From contig NC_042998.1 in assembly GCF_006345805.1 (NCBI RefSeq), positions 191,828,001 through 191,892,000 of the forward strand: a stretch of DNA of 64,000 nucleotides. The letters are read 5' to 3'. Source of the stretch: Octopus sinensis. Its lineage: Eukaryota. Shown one piece after another: positions 50,013 to 63,920 of this stretch. Made by a program: the position numbers and the translations under genes. Below the pieces are notes generated by a model. The model was not told the origin of the DNA and ran no database searches. It saw nothing but the letters and a program-made list of their open reading frames with translations. The stretch's first letter is position 1. Every line of letters starts with the position of its first letter.

Positions 50013-51026
50013 CCCTCCCCCGACACAAACTATCGCTCTCTCACTTACCCATGCATTTTAGAAATGGAGACATATTTCTAAGTGTGAGGAGATATTTTAG
50101 CGAATGTATGCATGTATGACAGCATGTAGGTTTTTAACGAAACAAACAGGAAATAAAGAATAGATATTATTTTGATCGATTGATTCCTTTCTAATGTATT
50201 ATCTTACACATTTATTCCGTTATCTTTTCTCTTAGAAATTTATTATCCCACACATTACTTTTTCTTGTAAATATTTCTAAATAAAGATTTAGAATATGAA
50301 CAACAAAAACAATTTTTGCGAATATAAGCAAAATGTATAATTTTCTGTAAAATCATTTCCTTCTATAAAATTTTGATATATGTAAGTGAAAAATCTTTAC
50401 AAATATAAATTTTTAAAAATATGTAAATTTTTTATATATCAATATGGTTTTTGGTTATATTTTATGAATACATATATGCATAAAATAGTAAAAATAATAT
50501 TGTTAAATATGAAATTATTAGAGTAATGTTCCGTCAAAATATTCTGATTCGTTTAACATTAAACATGGAGATTTAAATGCGAATTAATTTTCCATGAACA
50601 ACTAATTTAATTTTGCTCTACTAAATATAATTGTTTTTTAACGTTAGAAATAAACATTAACCTATGGCATCTGTTGCAAGCAGTTCATATATGTAGGATA
50701 ATACGTTTAAGATTGTAGTTTAAGCTTGAGTAGTATCTCATAATTTGTGTAAATGTTTCTAGCTTATTTTAATTTAGAATCAATATTTATTAAGAAATAA
50801 ATATCAGAATCGAGAAGGAAATCTAGTTAACGCCAATAAAATGCTTTGTAAGCAAATATCTAATAACTCTCTTTTCTTAAATTATATTTCGTGACCTGAA
50901 CGGTAATGAGGACGATCGGTTTCGTTTCTGGAATCGTATTTGTAAACTATTCAAACTGAAATACCATTCTAAGAGCAATAGAGGAAGGTTACTAATTTCG
51001 TTTTCACAGATAACTCCGACACTATA

Positions 51027-51362
51027 TTTCGTTTTTGGATTTGGTTTGCAAATTTCTTTATATGAGTTCGTGTGTTGAAGCATATTCTATTGTGTCTGGG
51101 GAGGGTCGTTTTCTTTTTGTGCCTTATTATTTAACACACTCACCGGTAAAATTTCCACTTATTTTCTAATTTTTCTTGTCCTAAACTTTTCGTTGCGTCT
51201 TACAACCTTTTCAATATTCTTAGTGAAGACTATTGAAAAGGTAGCAAGACGCAACGAAAAGTTAAGGACAATAAAAATAAGAAAATAAGTGGAAATTTTA
51301 CCGGTGAGAGTGTTAAATAATAAGGCACAAAAAGAAAATGACTCTCCCCAGACACAATAGAA
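51027..51362 (-). mobile_element. Palindromic mini-Penelope-like element with tail and target-site duplication
   Basis: Arms 51084-51216 / 51231-51363; unpaired tail 51027-51083; flanks TC(C/T)GACACTATA at 51015-51026 and 51363-51374. Confidence 0.82.
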
Positions 51363-51952
51363 TCTGACACTATAATACAATGGAAAAAAACACAGTATAG
51401 TGTTATTTCATTTCGGTGGTCAAAATCATTGGTCACATCGTCCGTAACCATGACATTTAGGGGTTTCACCAATAACCATTCTACAAGCGAATGAATATGT
51501 AGAGTCCTGGGTATGGAGAATATATCTTGTGTCAAATCTGAGTCCCTAGGTATTATGCATTCTTTCCAACAGCAACTAGCCGGATAAAAAACAATACAAC
51601 AGGAGTAACAAATAGAAACCCCTCTAAGACAGAGGTCGTGTTCATGATATATGTGTGTACGTATATGTCTATGTTACTCTGTGTATGTGTGTGTAAGTAT
51701 GGATATATATTCATATATAAAAGAGGTGTGTATAATCATGAATAACTCACAATTATAATGAAGAGGGTTGTAAAAGCCCTTATATATTTAGAAATAGAAG
51801 TCAAAACGACTATAGCGATGTCATTGAATAAATTTACTCTTTAGTATTTCGATATATTTTTATGGAATTTTGGTAAGTATATCTGTTAAAATGAGATGTG
51901 TGTGTTATATCCGTTTTTATGTAATTTAAACGACAGTTTATATATTCTTATA

Positions 51953-52083
51953 TTTGTTTTATACATTTGACTGCGACCATGCTGGAGCACTACCTTTAGT
52001 CAAACAAATCGGCCCCAGAACAGATTCTTTGTAAGCCTTGTACTTATTATATCATTCTTTTGTCGAGCCACTAAGTTACGGGT
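51953..52083 (-). mobile_element. SINE family A, 3' fragment
   Basis: CATTTGACTGCGACCATGCTGGAGCAC...CTAAGTTACGGG. Confidence 0.85.
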
Positions 52084-52395
52084 TGCTAGTTTTTTTTTCC
52101 CTATGTATGAATGAGCTACACCTCGGCGGTCACCGGCGTGATATTTGATCATTCTGTAGAGTGTTTGAAGGTCGGTTTGGTGTTTAGAATTGGATAGGTT
52201 ACCTTATAGGCAGGTAGAAGCTCTTTAAACCTGACTGGTAATCTACCTATTAGAAGTAAATCTCCGAAATAAAACTTTAGGCTTTGCAAATTCCTGGCTT
52301 TATCAATCTTAATAAAATCATTGAATTGGTTGGTTGGCAGAAACCAAAAAACGCACTTGTAACTTACTCTTAAACGTCTCAAACGGATTCAGTAT

Positions 52396-53390
52396 ATGGC
52401 AAAAAAAAAAGGCTTGGTAACATTAGGGGAACAGGTCTGGCTCAGCAGATCTCTTAGAGTATCACAGGCTGGGCCCAGTCGTCATCCTGCCACTGTGGTC
52501 CAACAATCTTCAAAAAAACGTAAAACTAAATATCCTTTGAATTTTGGCTTTTGGAATGTGCGCACACTTCTTGATAATTTCAACAAGAGGCCAGAAAGAC
52601 TCACTGCAAGTATGGAATATGAGCTTAAGAAACATTTCCTTGGTATAAATGCCATCTCTGAAACTCGTCTCTCTGGTGAGGATCAAGTAACTGAACCTAC
52701 TTATGGAAATACTATCTTTTGGAGAGGCCTACCTGAGGGTCAGCGTAGAGAATCTGGTGTTGGGTTTGCTCTCAAGAATACATTAGTATCCTCCTTTGTA
52801 CAGATTCTGATTAGTATATCTGAACGGACCATGTCATTCCGTATTAAACAGACAAAAGATACGTTTCTTACCGTTGTCAGTAGTTATGCACCTACAATGT
52901 CCCATTCTGATGAAACAGTAGGAGAGTTTTATGATGATCTAGCACAATTATTGAGGTAAGTACCAATTTCTGACAAGCTGGTCATACTGGGACTTTTCAA
53001 TACAAAAGTTGGAAAGGACTAGGTTTCATGGCCTGTTTTAGGTCGACATGAGATTGGAAAATGTAATAAAAAGGGAATAGCTCTTTTGATGTTTTGTACT
53101 GAGAATTATCTGGTTCTCACCAACACTCTGTTTAAGCAGAAAAATAAATATACAACCACCTGGATGCACCCAAGATCTAAGCACTGGCATCTCATAGATT
53201 ATATTCTGATCAGAAAACGTGATATGGAAGGTATTTCTAGCGTTCAGGCTATGAGAGGAGCAGAGAGCTGAACTGATCATCGTCTAGTGCGTGGGAAAAT
53301 AGATTTTTTGAGAGTCTAGTCCTAAGGTACTCCAAAAGTTAAATGTTGCAAACTTTAAATTATCAAGCAACTTGCAAAGATTCTAAGTGT
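52396..53390 (+). pseudogene. RTE/BovB-like LINE 5' region: AP endonuclease domain, disrupted
   Basis: GFWNVRTLLD, AISETRL, RESGVGFA, SERTMSFR, SYAPT, FYDDL, then in-frame stops, LVILGLFNTKVG, LTNTLF..TTWMHPRSKHWHLIDYIL..TDHRLV. No RT follows. Confidence 0.92.
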
Positions 53391-56300
53391 CCACGAATCT
53401 TCATACGGGTTCCGAGATGGACTAGACGGAGAGAGAAAAGTGTTGTTAAACTGGAAACCTGATCCGAACAACAAGTAGTGACTTTGTACCAAGCGAGCGA
53501 TTAATCTATCACCAAAGCCGGCCAAGACAGAAATTAGGACACCCAGTGCAAAGAGCCAGTATAAATACCACCGAATATCCCGCTCGCATTTCTTACAAAT
53601 GCAGTGCCCCTCAACTTTCTCTGAAATTTATCCTAGTTGGGATTTGAACTCAGAACACAGAGAGTCGGAAACATAGGGGGATGTATTCTGAAGACTCTGC
53701 CGATTCACTACCACTGATTCTCACCTGTTTGTTGTAACTCTAGAGGATAAACATCGCTCTAGCACGGAAGAATTTTCTTGCTCTGAAGAATATTCTTTCT
53801 TCTTAAAGATAGTATTTTGCCAGGGTTCTATAATATTTATACCAGGATCCATTAGAATTGTTGGATCTAGCATTTGTAATGTCTTCAACTAGAAAGTATT
53901 TCTTCTCAAAACGTTATCGAAACTATGAAGGAATCTATATTGTTTAGTCCCCGCTAAAAATGTTTCGACGTGTATGTTCAAAGGAACTCCAATAACTCGC
54001 ACAGAATGTCTATAATGCATATGGGCAATTTCTGTATGTGAAGTTCTAAAGAGGCAAGAAGAATTATTTGCGATTTCAAACGATAGCGAGGACGTTATTA
54101 AGAGACGAAAGTATACAAGTGTCATAACTGAGTCTATATGAACATCTGAATGAATAATGCAAACACGTTGGAACACACAAACGAAGATATTTGCCATTCT
54201 TTCTTTCCTTAAGAATTTTATTACTGGCATTTTTCGAAATCATAGATTTTAATGTTACTCTACCAGTGATCACGAATACAAGCTCAATCTTTTTCCATTA
54301 CCTTACAGATTTATTTATCTAGCTGAATGTAGCTGATTCGTTGTACCTTCCCCCAACAAAACTCTTGCATAATCTATCAGAAACGTACATATAATTGTAA
54401 CCAATTAAATTTCACATCAATTGATATTTTTCATGAAAGTTCAATTAACACCTGTTCAGCCGTCAAATTCTATCATCAAAAATTCTGTTCCTGATTACAT
54501 TTTTAATCAACTGCCTATAAATATACACATACATACATACATACATACATGCATACACGCATGCATACATATATACATACACGCATGAATACATACATGT
54601 ATGCATATGTATGCATGTATATACACAGACAGACACTCACCCACACACACATATATAATGCATGATTACTTAAACACCCGATACTCTGTAAGTGTTAAGA
54701 CACTAATGGATTTGGATTCCTTAAGGTAGCTGCTTGTAGATTATTGAAACCTTCTCTGATATTCTGATATGTGTGAAAACTTCGAATAAATGACTTGACA
54801 ATGAAGCCAGAATTATACTAATATGCATTTAAATTCTCGAATAATACAGAGAGTAGCCATCAAATTGGTTTGGCAACATTATATTATTACAAAAATATAT
54901 AAATAAATGAATAGAATTAACAACATCGAAAATAGGATAACAACATGAAATAGTTAAAACAGAAAAGGCGAAGTAATAATTCCTTAAAAGCTAAACGTAT
55001 TATGTAAATTAGTATAGAAATTAAGCTCAACATTGTGATGAAGCATAATTTTCAACGGGGTAAACGTGCAATGATTTTTAAAAATTAATTTTCTTTGAAT
55101 TCTATGAAACACAAATTATTTACCACAAATTTTTCACAGTTCCAAACTTAGATCAAGTCAAAAAAAAAAACTCTGAATACATTGTATAGATTTCCCTATT
55201 GAAATGCAGCTTATGTAACCGGTAGCATAACCTTTTATCAAAGAAAACGTAAATATCTCATCTCATTTTATTTTCATTCATATCCAATATCTTAACTCTC
55301 TTGAAATCGAGCAAATATATTCGACTCAAACAGAAATACTGAAACCATTGCAAAGTGGTTAAAGACATGATAACTATTTAAAACAAATGCGTATATTGCA
55401 TATATGCTGTGTTTTATTTCCTGTGTACAACGAAAGGCTTCAGTACATTGTAATATTACAAACTAAAACAAAAGTGAATGAGAAGCTGTGTGTTTGTATG
55501 TGTATTGCTTATCACAATCTGTTTGGTGAGCAGTTATTGAAATTGTATTGATTTTAAAATCCCAAATCTTTTAAATCTCATATACCCATATTTGGTTCAG
55601 GAAATATATTGAAAATAAATCCCGAGTTGCCAAATGCTGTATAAGATATAGCATTTTAAAATAATACCGAATATTTTCCCTTCTTACAACTTGTCATTCT
55701 AAATGCTAATATCTAAATTCATATTCGTTCTTCTATACTACTCTCAGTCAGATATTTGTTTAAGAAAATAATAACAAATCTAAATGAAACAAACACTTTG
55801 TGTCTCCCACAAATAGCTCTTCAAAAGGTTTGACACCTGATACCATCATAAGATATTTTTAATATCGGTAGATATAAAATACCTTTAGAAGTACCTATTA
55901 ATTTGTATGCACAATCATTATAATTAAGTTCCGATATTACGACGTTGAAGAAAGTAAATATGCAAAACATATATAACTTATTAAGCTATCGATAGTTTTC
56001 CCTTCTAGCAGAACACTTTTATCGTACAACTTTTGCAATGTAAACGACATATCATTTAATTAAAAAATAAAGCAGGTTCCGTACCCTACAGCTCTACCGC
56101 CAGCTTGAACGCTTATATATATATGCTGTTCTGCCTACCGCGTTCTGACAGAAAACGATTTGGAATTTTTTATTAATTTATATACGAAGTCAGTACAAAT
56201 CAATATTTACTGATTACACAGTACATATTCAAGCCAACCAAAATTAGATCACTGTCGTAAAATATATTTCAGAATGAAATTAACTTTTCTTCATATCAGT

Positions 56301-57494
56301 AACACTTAGATCATACAAGCTACAAAATTTATATTTCCGTTACGTCAGCAGAAGATATACAATCATAAACACGTACATTATTTTTGACCGTTCTGTTTTT
56401 AAAATTAATGTTGATAGGCATTAGCAATTTTATACAGGGAAACATAAAGACATGTCGGTAAGAAAAAAAACATGTTTCTGTTTATGGCTACTGGAGTATA
56501 CATAAAGATGATATATGAATTTAATATCATCAAGGCAATTGCCATCGTAGACGTTCTTTTAAAACCATGAACTAGTTCGCTAAATTTCATTCAATTTTCA
56601 AGAACTCTATCTAAATATTTCTAAAATGTTCATATTACAAACGGATAAATTATATTATAAATCTCAGAATGATTACATATTTGGGTTTTACAGAACAATT
56701 AATCAAAAAAGAAAATTTATTGGCTTTCAACCTATATAAAATTATCACCTTCTAACAGGATAAAACGAGCAACCACTTGGTTACTCGTTCTTCTGAATAC
56801 TGTAGACAAATATTCAAGAATAATTGGGAAGACACGCTAAAATGCACACAAATTGAGAATAGAGTTGAAGGCACATTATATAAATACTTAAAACAGACCT
56901 AAATGTTTTAAATCAATTAATAGGCATCAATACTCTAGATGTTCCCTCTTCCCAGTGATATGCTATACAAAAGATGGTAAATGAATGACCAAGTCTGCAT
57001 CGAAAAGTAAGACGAATAATGACGCCACTAAGATAATACTATGCAAAACCTGGAAGATAATATTTACCATGAATATAAGGAAGTAAGCAATAATAAATAC
57101 ACCTACACATCTACAAACATAACAGTGTTAATATTTATGCAGCAAAAATTATGACAGTATCAGCACAAGTGGAGTTATATAAACATACTTCACAAACGCT
57201 CACGGCGATAACAAACATACGGTACTCTGGGATATGCCAATTCATACAACGTGTTTAACAAAGCTCGTATATTGATACATAGAACCAACAACAAAAGAAA
57301 CGCCTTCAAATCGATATATCAGACTTCAACTGATGAAATATCTCTCTCAAAGAAATACATATATCATATATGTATGCATAAAGACTTGGAAATAAAGATA
57401 ATCAAAACTGGAGATTAATCATATACCTATAATATGATTACAATCATGGAGACAGTTACATAACCAAAATTGTAAGACATAAACATTATTATTA

Positions 57495-57780
57495 GATCTA
57501 TAGGCAACAATTTTGAGAGATAGAATTAGTCGAGTACGTCGCCCCCAGTCTCCAGTACCTTACTGGCAAATTATTTTATCGACCTCGGTAGATGAAAGCC
57601 AAGTTTAGCCTCAGTGGTAAATGAACTTAGAAAGTAACGAAACAAATAATACCTGGCATTATTTCGGATGTTGTAACGATTCTAGGCACAATGTAAGCAG
57701 TGTTTTGAAGATCGGGATTACTGGATTACATCTACTACAATACTGGACTGGTATTTCATTTTATCGGTCCCGAAAGAAAT
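57495..57780 (-). mobile_element. Decayed family B-related SINE fragments
   Basis: TTATTTTATCGACCTCGGTAGATGAAAGCCAAGTTTAGCCTCAG and TTTTATCGGTCCCGAAAG resemble the family B central domain. Confidence 0.55.
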
Positions 57781-60745
57781 AATGTGTTTAGTGGAAACTG
57801 CATAAAGAAGCAATGTACACAATTCGAACAAAATTCAAAATAATATCATAGCATTCACCGCTGTCAATGCTATACAAAACATGTGTGGATACCTCACGCA
57901 ATCTGAATGTTATTAGGAGTGGTCTGATAACGTCTCGGACAGACACTTTCTCATTTGATGGAAAACAAGCATATTGATACGGACAAATTTTCCGAGATTT
58001 TATCACTGCTCTTATGGAAGAACAACCCTACATCAGTTATCGGATGTTAACTTTACTGTGACTAATAGTTCAGTTAAAGTTCTAGGTATTATCTAGTATT
58101 TTAAATGAAAACATACAATTAAGTCACATTAATGCGAGGATTGCTTTATCGTAGACAAATAAGAAATGTTTTCATAATACACTTAACACTACTACCAAGA
58201 TAAAGTGACATATTTTTCGATATTTTTTCAATGGCAGTTAAATATGAAATTCTGTCAAGATTCCTATCATATAAAATTTACATACTTTACATCCCGTGGA
58301 TATAAATTTAATTGTTGCTCTCCTATATACTTAATAATCATAATAACCATGTATAAGTGGTTTGTACACAGGCATATGTTGACACAAACAGACATACACA
58401 CTCATGCACACGCGTAAGTATATATTTATATATTTATGCAATTTAGAAAGTGGTTTCACGAACAAAGTAAACAGCACTCGATTCTTCATCCAAAGTAAGT
58501 CATCATTAACATCTATATTATAATATATACGTACCAATATATATACAAACACGCACATACAGATACACATACCAAACATGCATATGTGTGTATTTCTATA
58601 CACACACACGTATAGATAGATAGATCTTTGTATGTCCATGTCGATATGAAGTTCGATAACTATGCTTGCGTTGAGTGTCCTCAAACTTATTAAGAATACA
58701 AACTCTTAAAGATGGATCCTGAGTGGTTCTGATACATCTAGGTCAAAATGTATACCATCAGTCTCATTAGTCATAAAGACTAAAGTACAAGTGAACTGAT
58801 ATATTAATGGCAGAAAACCTACGGCTAATTATTGAAGAATCATCGGAGCAGGATTAATTTATTCTATAACGTTCTAAAATTCATTGAGAAGATCGATTAC
58901 CTATCTATATACGAAGATCTCATCCACGTTTGAAATTTCTTTAATTAGATCTAATTAATAACACATCATAATGACACAGTGACTGCAATTTAATGAGATA
59001 TTCTTTTTTTTTTTTACATAACTTTCTCACCGTAGTAATTAGCAACTGATAATTATTATCTCAAGACATATTTACTGATCAATTCTTTTTCTACATGTAA
59101 AAAAGAAACTTTTGTTAGGCAATTGATCAGTGCCAAATTTAGTACATGATGCAGTTGATGCGGGCTAATAAGGCCAAAACATGTTGCCCAGTGGTTTGCT
59201 ATTCTTCTTACCACGACCAGAGTTTTCCACTTGATAAGATCATTCAATTTTCTGCGAACTAATTCTTTAATTTATAGAAATGTTTTATGCTTTTCCGTGA
59301 CAATCGGTAACTAACATCAGGATTTTGTTTTCTTTCCCCAAGTAGCGGACAAATTTTAATTCATTAAGAATTCTTTGCGTAGTCATTCAGTATACCAGTT
59401 CTTAGTCTATGGAAATGACTATAGTTCATCCGATGTGTCCAGAAATTATTTCAGTTATATAGCACTAATTTTCATTTCTTTCACTTAGAAGGACGATCTG
59501 TGTTCATGATTTTGTGGAGGACTTCTGTATGTGGTGGGAGAAAGAGTGGAATTTTTCTCAGATCAGGAACGTGACCCAAATTCTAGCAACAAAGTTAAAC
59601 CAGCTAAAGCACTAAAACAAGAGTTGGATACGTAAAATCTGAAAAGTGGCATATGCTACCACACTGTACGTTATAGATGCATAATGCTAACAGTTTAGAA
59701 TAAGACATTTCACATATCTTCTATACGGGCGCCTGCATGTGTGTGTGTGTACAAAAAGGAGAATGCGGGATTGTTAAGAGGGAGGATAAACAAGTATGTG
59801 TAGATGATATTAAGGGAGGAGGTTGCAACAGATAAACAAAAGAAAGAGAGAGAGAGAGAGCGGGAGAAGTATGCATTAGAAAGGGAGAGATACTCTGTTT
59901 TATAAGAATTGGTAAAATGAAGAGACTATGTATCACGTGACTAAGAGAATGTTGAAAGCTAATTAATATGTTTGTGTGTTAGCTATACAGCCATTGTTGT
60001 TTAACCCCGGGTCAGCTTCAATCGAGGATACCATTAATGAAAAGCTTTGAACCCATATCCATGAAACCCTTTATAATATCATAGACTACATCGTCCAATG
60101 AAACCTTTTATTAAGACAGTAAAACTGTAATGTGACTGATATTTCTAGCGGGTCATTCAACTGTGTTGAGGTATTCTCTTTAATTTGTGTATTGCCTATC
60201 ATCATTGATAATTCTTATTTTTGCAGTAAACCAATTGAAGAAAAGTAATTGGAAGATTCCCGAATAGATCAACCAGAAATGTAGACACTACATAAACATG
60301 TCTAAAATGATTCGGGTCAGATTATTTCATCAATTTCGCAAATCTTTCTAAAACCTTTTCTCATTATGAAATGCTTTTTTTTATTGTTTCGTAGCCTCCA
60401 GTCAACCCATCTTGAAAATAGCGAAGTAATTAATTTCCAGTTTTTCATCATTTCTCATTAGCTATTCGTGTAAAATTCTATCAAATAAACGGCATATTAC
60501 TAATTATGACTGAACTGATTATTATCCTTACTGTTTATAAAATAAGATTTGTCTTCAATAGACAAAGGGTTGTGTGATTTGACTAAAGAGGCCCTAAAGA
60601 GGCCCATAATTCGTATTTTATCAACTAATGCGAAAAATAGTATTCGAGCCAATAACAGGGTCTCTGCGTTGTCACATAGCCTCATAGTAATTGCAAACAA
60701 ATCTCTCACATGCTATGCTCTTAAAGCGAAAACATTAAATACTGC

Positions 60746-61380
60746 ATATTGTTGTATTTAGGAATGGTCATGTTGCCAGTTTAGCCAATAAAAACACACG
60801 CACTATATATTTGGTGTTAATTTGCTTCAGCTTTATCTATTTTTTAATATTAATCTTAATCTTATTTCGGTCAGAGTCCTTTCGTCACACTTCTGTGACC
60901 TATACATTAACAAATCTTTTTTTAATTAATTTAATTAAATACAAAAAAAAATAATAATAAGTAGGTATAAACAAAAACAAATTACACGAACATGTATAAA
61001 GAGGAGATACAGATAATACAGGCACTTCCCCCCACACAAACACACTAACTAAGCAGAGACACACATAGAGGTATACGCACATGCATAAATAAAGGCATAC
61101 AATAAGAATACAAAATACAAACTGGCTGATCGTTAGTAAGGAGAGACACACAAATAAGAAAGAAGAAAGCAAAGGACCACTTATGAGGTCGCAGAAGTGT
61201 GACGAAAGAACTCTGGCTGAAATAAGATTAAGATTAATGTAAAAAATAAATAAAGCTGAAGCAAATTAACACCAAATATATAGTGCGTGTGTTTTTATTG
61301 GCTAAACTGGCAACATCACCATTCCTAAATACAGCAATATCTGCTTCAACACACGATTTCACATCAAGAATCTTGTGTAA
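60746..61380 (+). mobile_element. Non-autonomous Penelope-like element: inverted 5' pseudo-LTR, 3' pseudo-LTR, 40-nt tail, 12-bp TSD
   Basis: 60746-60901 is inverted against 61186-61340; tail 61341-61380; exact ATTAAATACTGC at 60734-60745 and 61381-61392; hammerhead-like motif at 61177-61216. Confidence 0.88.
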
Positions 61381-62694
61381 ATTAAATACTGCCTTTCTCT
61401 ATAAATCTGAGGTGGCTATGGCTGGGGCGCTATTACTGATAGATGATCATTGAGCAGGACTAAACACCAAAAACATTCCTGGAAAGGTAAGGTGTAAGAC
61501 ATTTGAAGCTACTCACTTCAGAATTATACAGCTCAGCAGTTAAAGAATTTAATTTGACATATTTGATCAAATCCCATATAATATAAATTACAGGCAAATG
61601 TAACTGTAAATTAATTAAAAATGATCTATCTTTGTTGTTTGGTACGAGTTGACTCAATGTTCGTTATTTTTGTCATTCTTTGCAATCAAATACCAAACAA
61701 CGTTGTAAAAGGAATAATATAATAACATTAAAACGACATTTAGAAAAATATTATTCATTCGTGGTATATTGCGAACTGTACAATTAAGGAAGTATCGTTC
61801 AAATTTTTAAGAAAAAATAATCAATATTCTAAACTGAATGTGAATCAGCCATTTATTTTATATATTTAATCCAAGCATACACTTTGTAACGTCTGTTAGA
61901 AAATTTATTTCATTTATCACTTCAAATTTCACCTCTATAGAATTAATTATCAGCTAATTACATACCTAAGTTTTCCTTATATACGTCTGTTCAGTAAAGC
62001 AAGTTTATAACGTATCGCTTTATTTCAATGGAGGCACAACTACGTATCGGTGGTGTGATATTTATGAATGCAATTTAGTACAAACACCGAAAATAAATTA
62101 TTATGTATGACGCACCTCTGACGTGATGTCGTTATATAAACACTTACAAACACAAATCTATTAAGACATGCTTCGAAATTTTTCAAGAGATGATTCGAAA
62201 TAGCTGGATTTCAATTTCACTTATTTTCTATTTCTGTCATAAATATTGAAATACATAAGCAAAGAAAATTTTCCTCATCATCTTACAGGACGTTGTAAAC
62301 TCCCGAAGAACTAATTCTGAGGCATGGTATTGGTACCCAATGGAAGCAATTTCCCTTCTATACAGTCAATAACCTTAGAGAGGCTCACCATTTTACTTTA
62401 CATTTTCTATAAATTTGTGAGAACGTGCATCAATGAAAATAATAAATAATAGATATACAATTTGGTAAAAATAACTTAAATTCTCTTCATACAAATTGGA
62501 ATGTCAAAAGAGGAAATAAAAACGTTCTTACAAATTTATTTTCAGATTTACACATACACATATGTTGAAATTTAATTATTAATTCCCGGTTGATAAATTA
62601 ATTACCTAAAATAACTGAAATGCCAAGCTATTTATTTTCTTTCGAGAACATTTCATGCTTCTAAACGTTCAGGAACTAATAAAACCGCTGGCTA

Positions 62695-62757
62695 CACAAA
62701 CACACACACACACACACACACACACGCAAACACACACATACACACACACACACAGAA

Positions 62758-62790
<33 letters not shown>

Positions 62791-62831
62791 TACACACACA
62801 AACACACACACACACATACACACGCACACAC
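62695..62831. repeat. (CA)n microsatellite
   Basis: Direct reading. Confidence 0.95.
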
Positions 62832-63920
62832 GATTTGTAATTGTATACCATTTCTCCGTTTTTTTTCTGTCCTTGTTTTCGTATATATTCGCTTGCTTTC
62901 TTCCAAGGAATCCAGTGCTCATACCTTAGATTTTCTTTGTGCCGGCCAGACTGGAGCAGCCACGCGTGTTGAAATGTTTACAATTATTTCCTACCCATCA
63001 CTGAGCAAACAGATCTACGATTAACGGTATTCCATCCATGACACTCTCACTTTTAGAGTTTTCAACTACATCATCTGATATATATCCTATCCCATCACCG
63101 AATTTGTTCAGATAGCTATTGTTATGTTTGTCACTTTTTTTTATATCAAGTCGACTTTGATTACATTATCAAATATCCTTTTTAATATATTAAGATCTTG
63201 TACAAACGAAATTTAGCTGCTATTTCTAGGAGAAAGAACGACCATGCGAAGGTGTCCTAGGTGATTCTTTTGTCGCTGAAATAGTATCCGCAGATGTACC
63301 AGAGAATGGAAAGTATTTCAGTTCATAAGAAGTGATAGTCTTTAATTTAATTCAAAGCATCTTTTCTTATTTATATGTGTTCTGCCCAACATTGTACTAC
63401 CATGTTTGCATATGAAGCAGCAACAATGCTATGAATCGAAATTGAGCTTTGTAGGTGGTTCGGCAGTTATTCAGTACGAAAAAGAGTCTTAGAAAAGTTA
63501 TACATGCGGTTTCAAAAGAAAGAAGCAGTTAGACAAAATCGCGAGTACCCACCTAACATATATGAATAGCTAGGACTACAAGAAACATAGATAAGCATCC
63601 AATGGAAAATTAAAACTTCATCTAGAATTAGACTGAAAACGGCTAAATGAAACAGAATATAAGAGATGTTACGGGAGATGATTAATTATTGATAGATTTG
63701 CTAGTTGAAATGAATTTTGAGGGTTTGCGGTATGTAGGTTAGTCAAGCATAAGTGTGTAGCGTAAGAATATTTCTTGCTGCTTGAGAATATATAAAGTAA
63801 TCTTATTTCTCTCGTATTTTCAATGTCCGAAATATGTTACGATAACTCTGTAACAGAGGTGCGTGGAAGGCAACGTTCGAAGAGAGGTTCTCGAGTGTGA
63901 GAGAATCAACAAAGTGGTCG

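Noticed and set aside
53889-54230. 113-aa minus-strand ORF
   Set aside because: No recognisable motif or exon context; consistent with chance.
59485-59620. Tc1 transposase-like snippet (SVFMILW...GRKSGIF)
   Set aside because: Too short and degenerate; no TIRs or catalytic motif seen.
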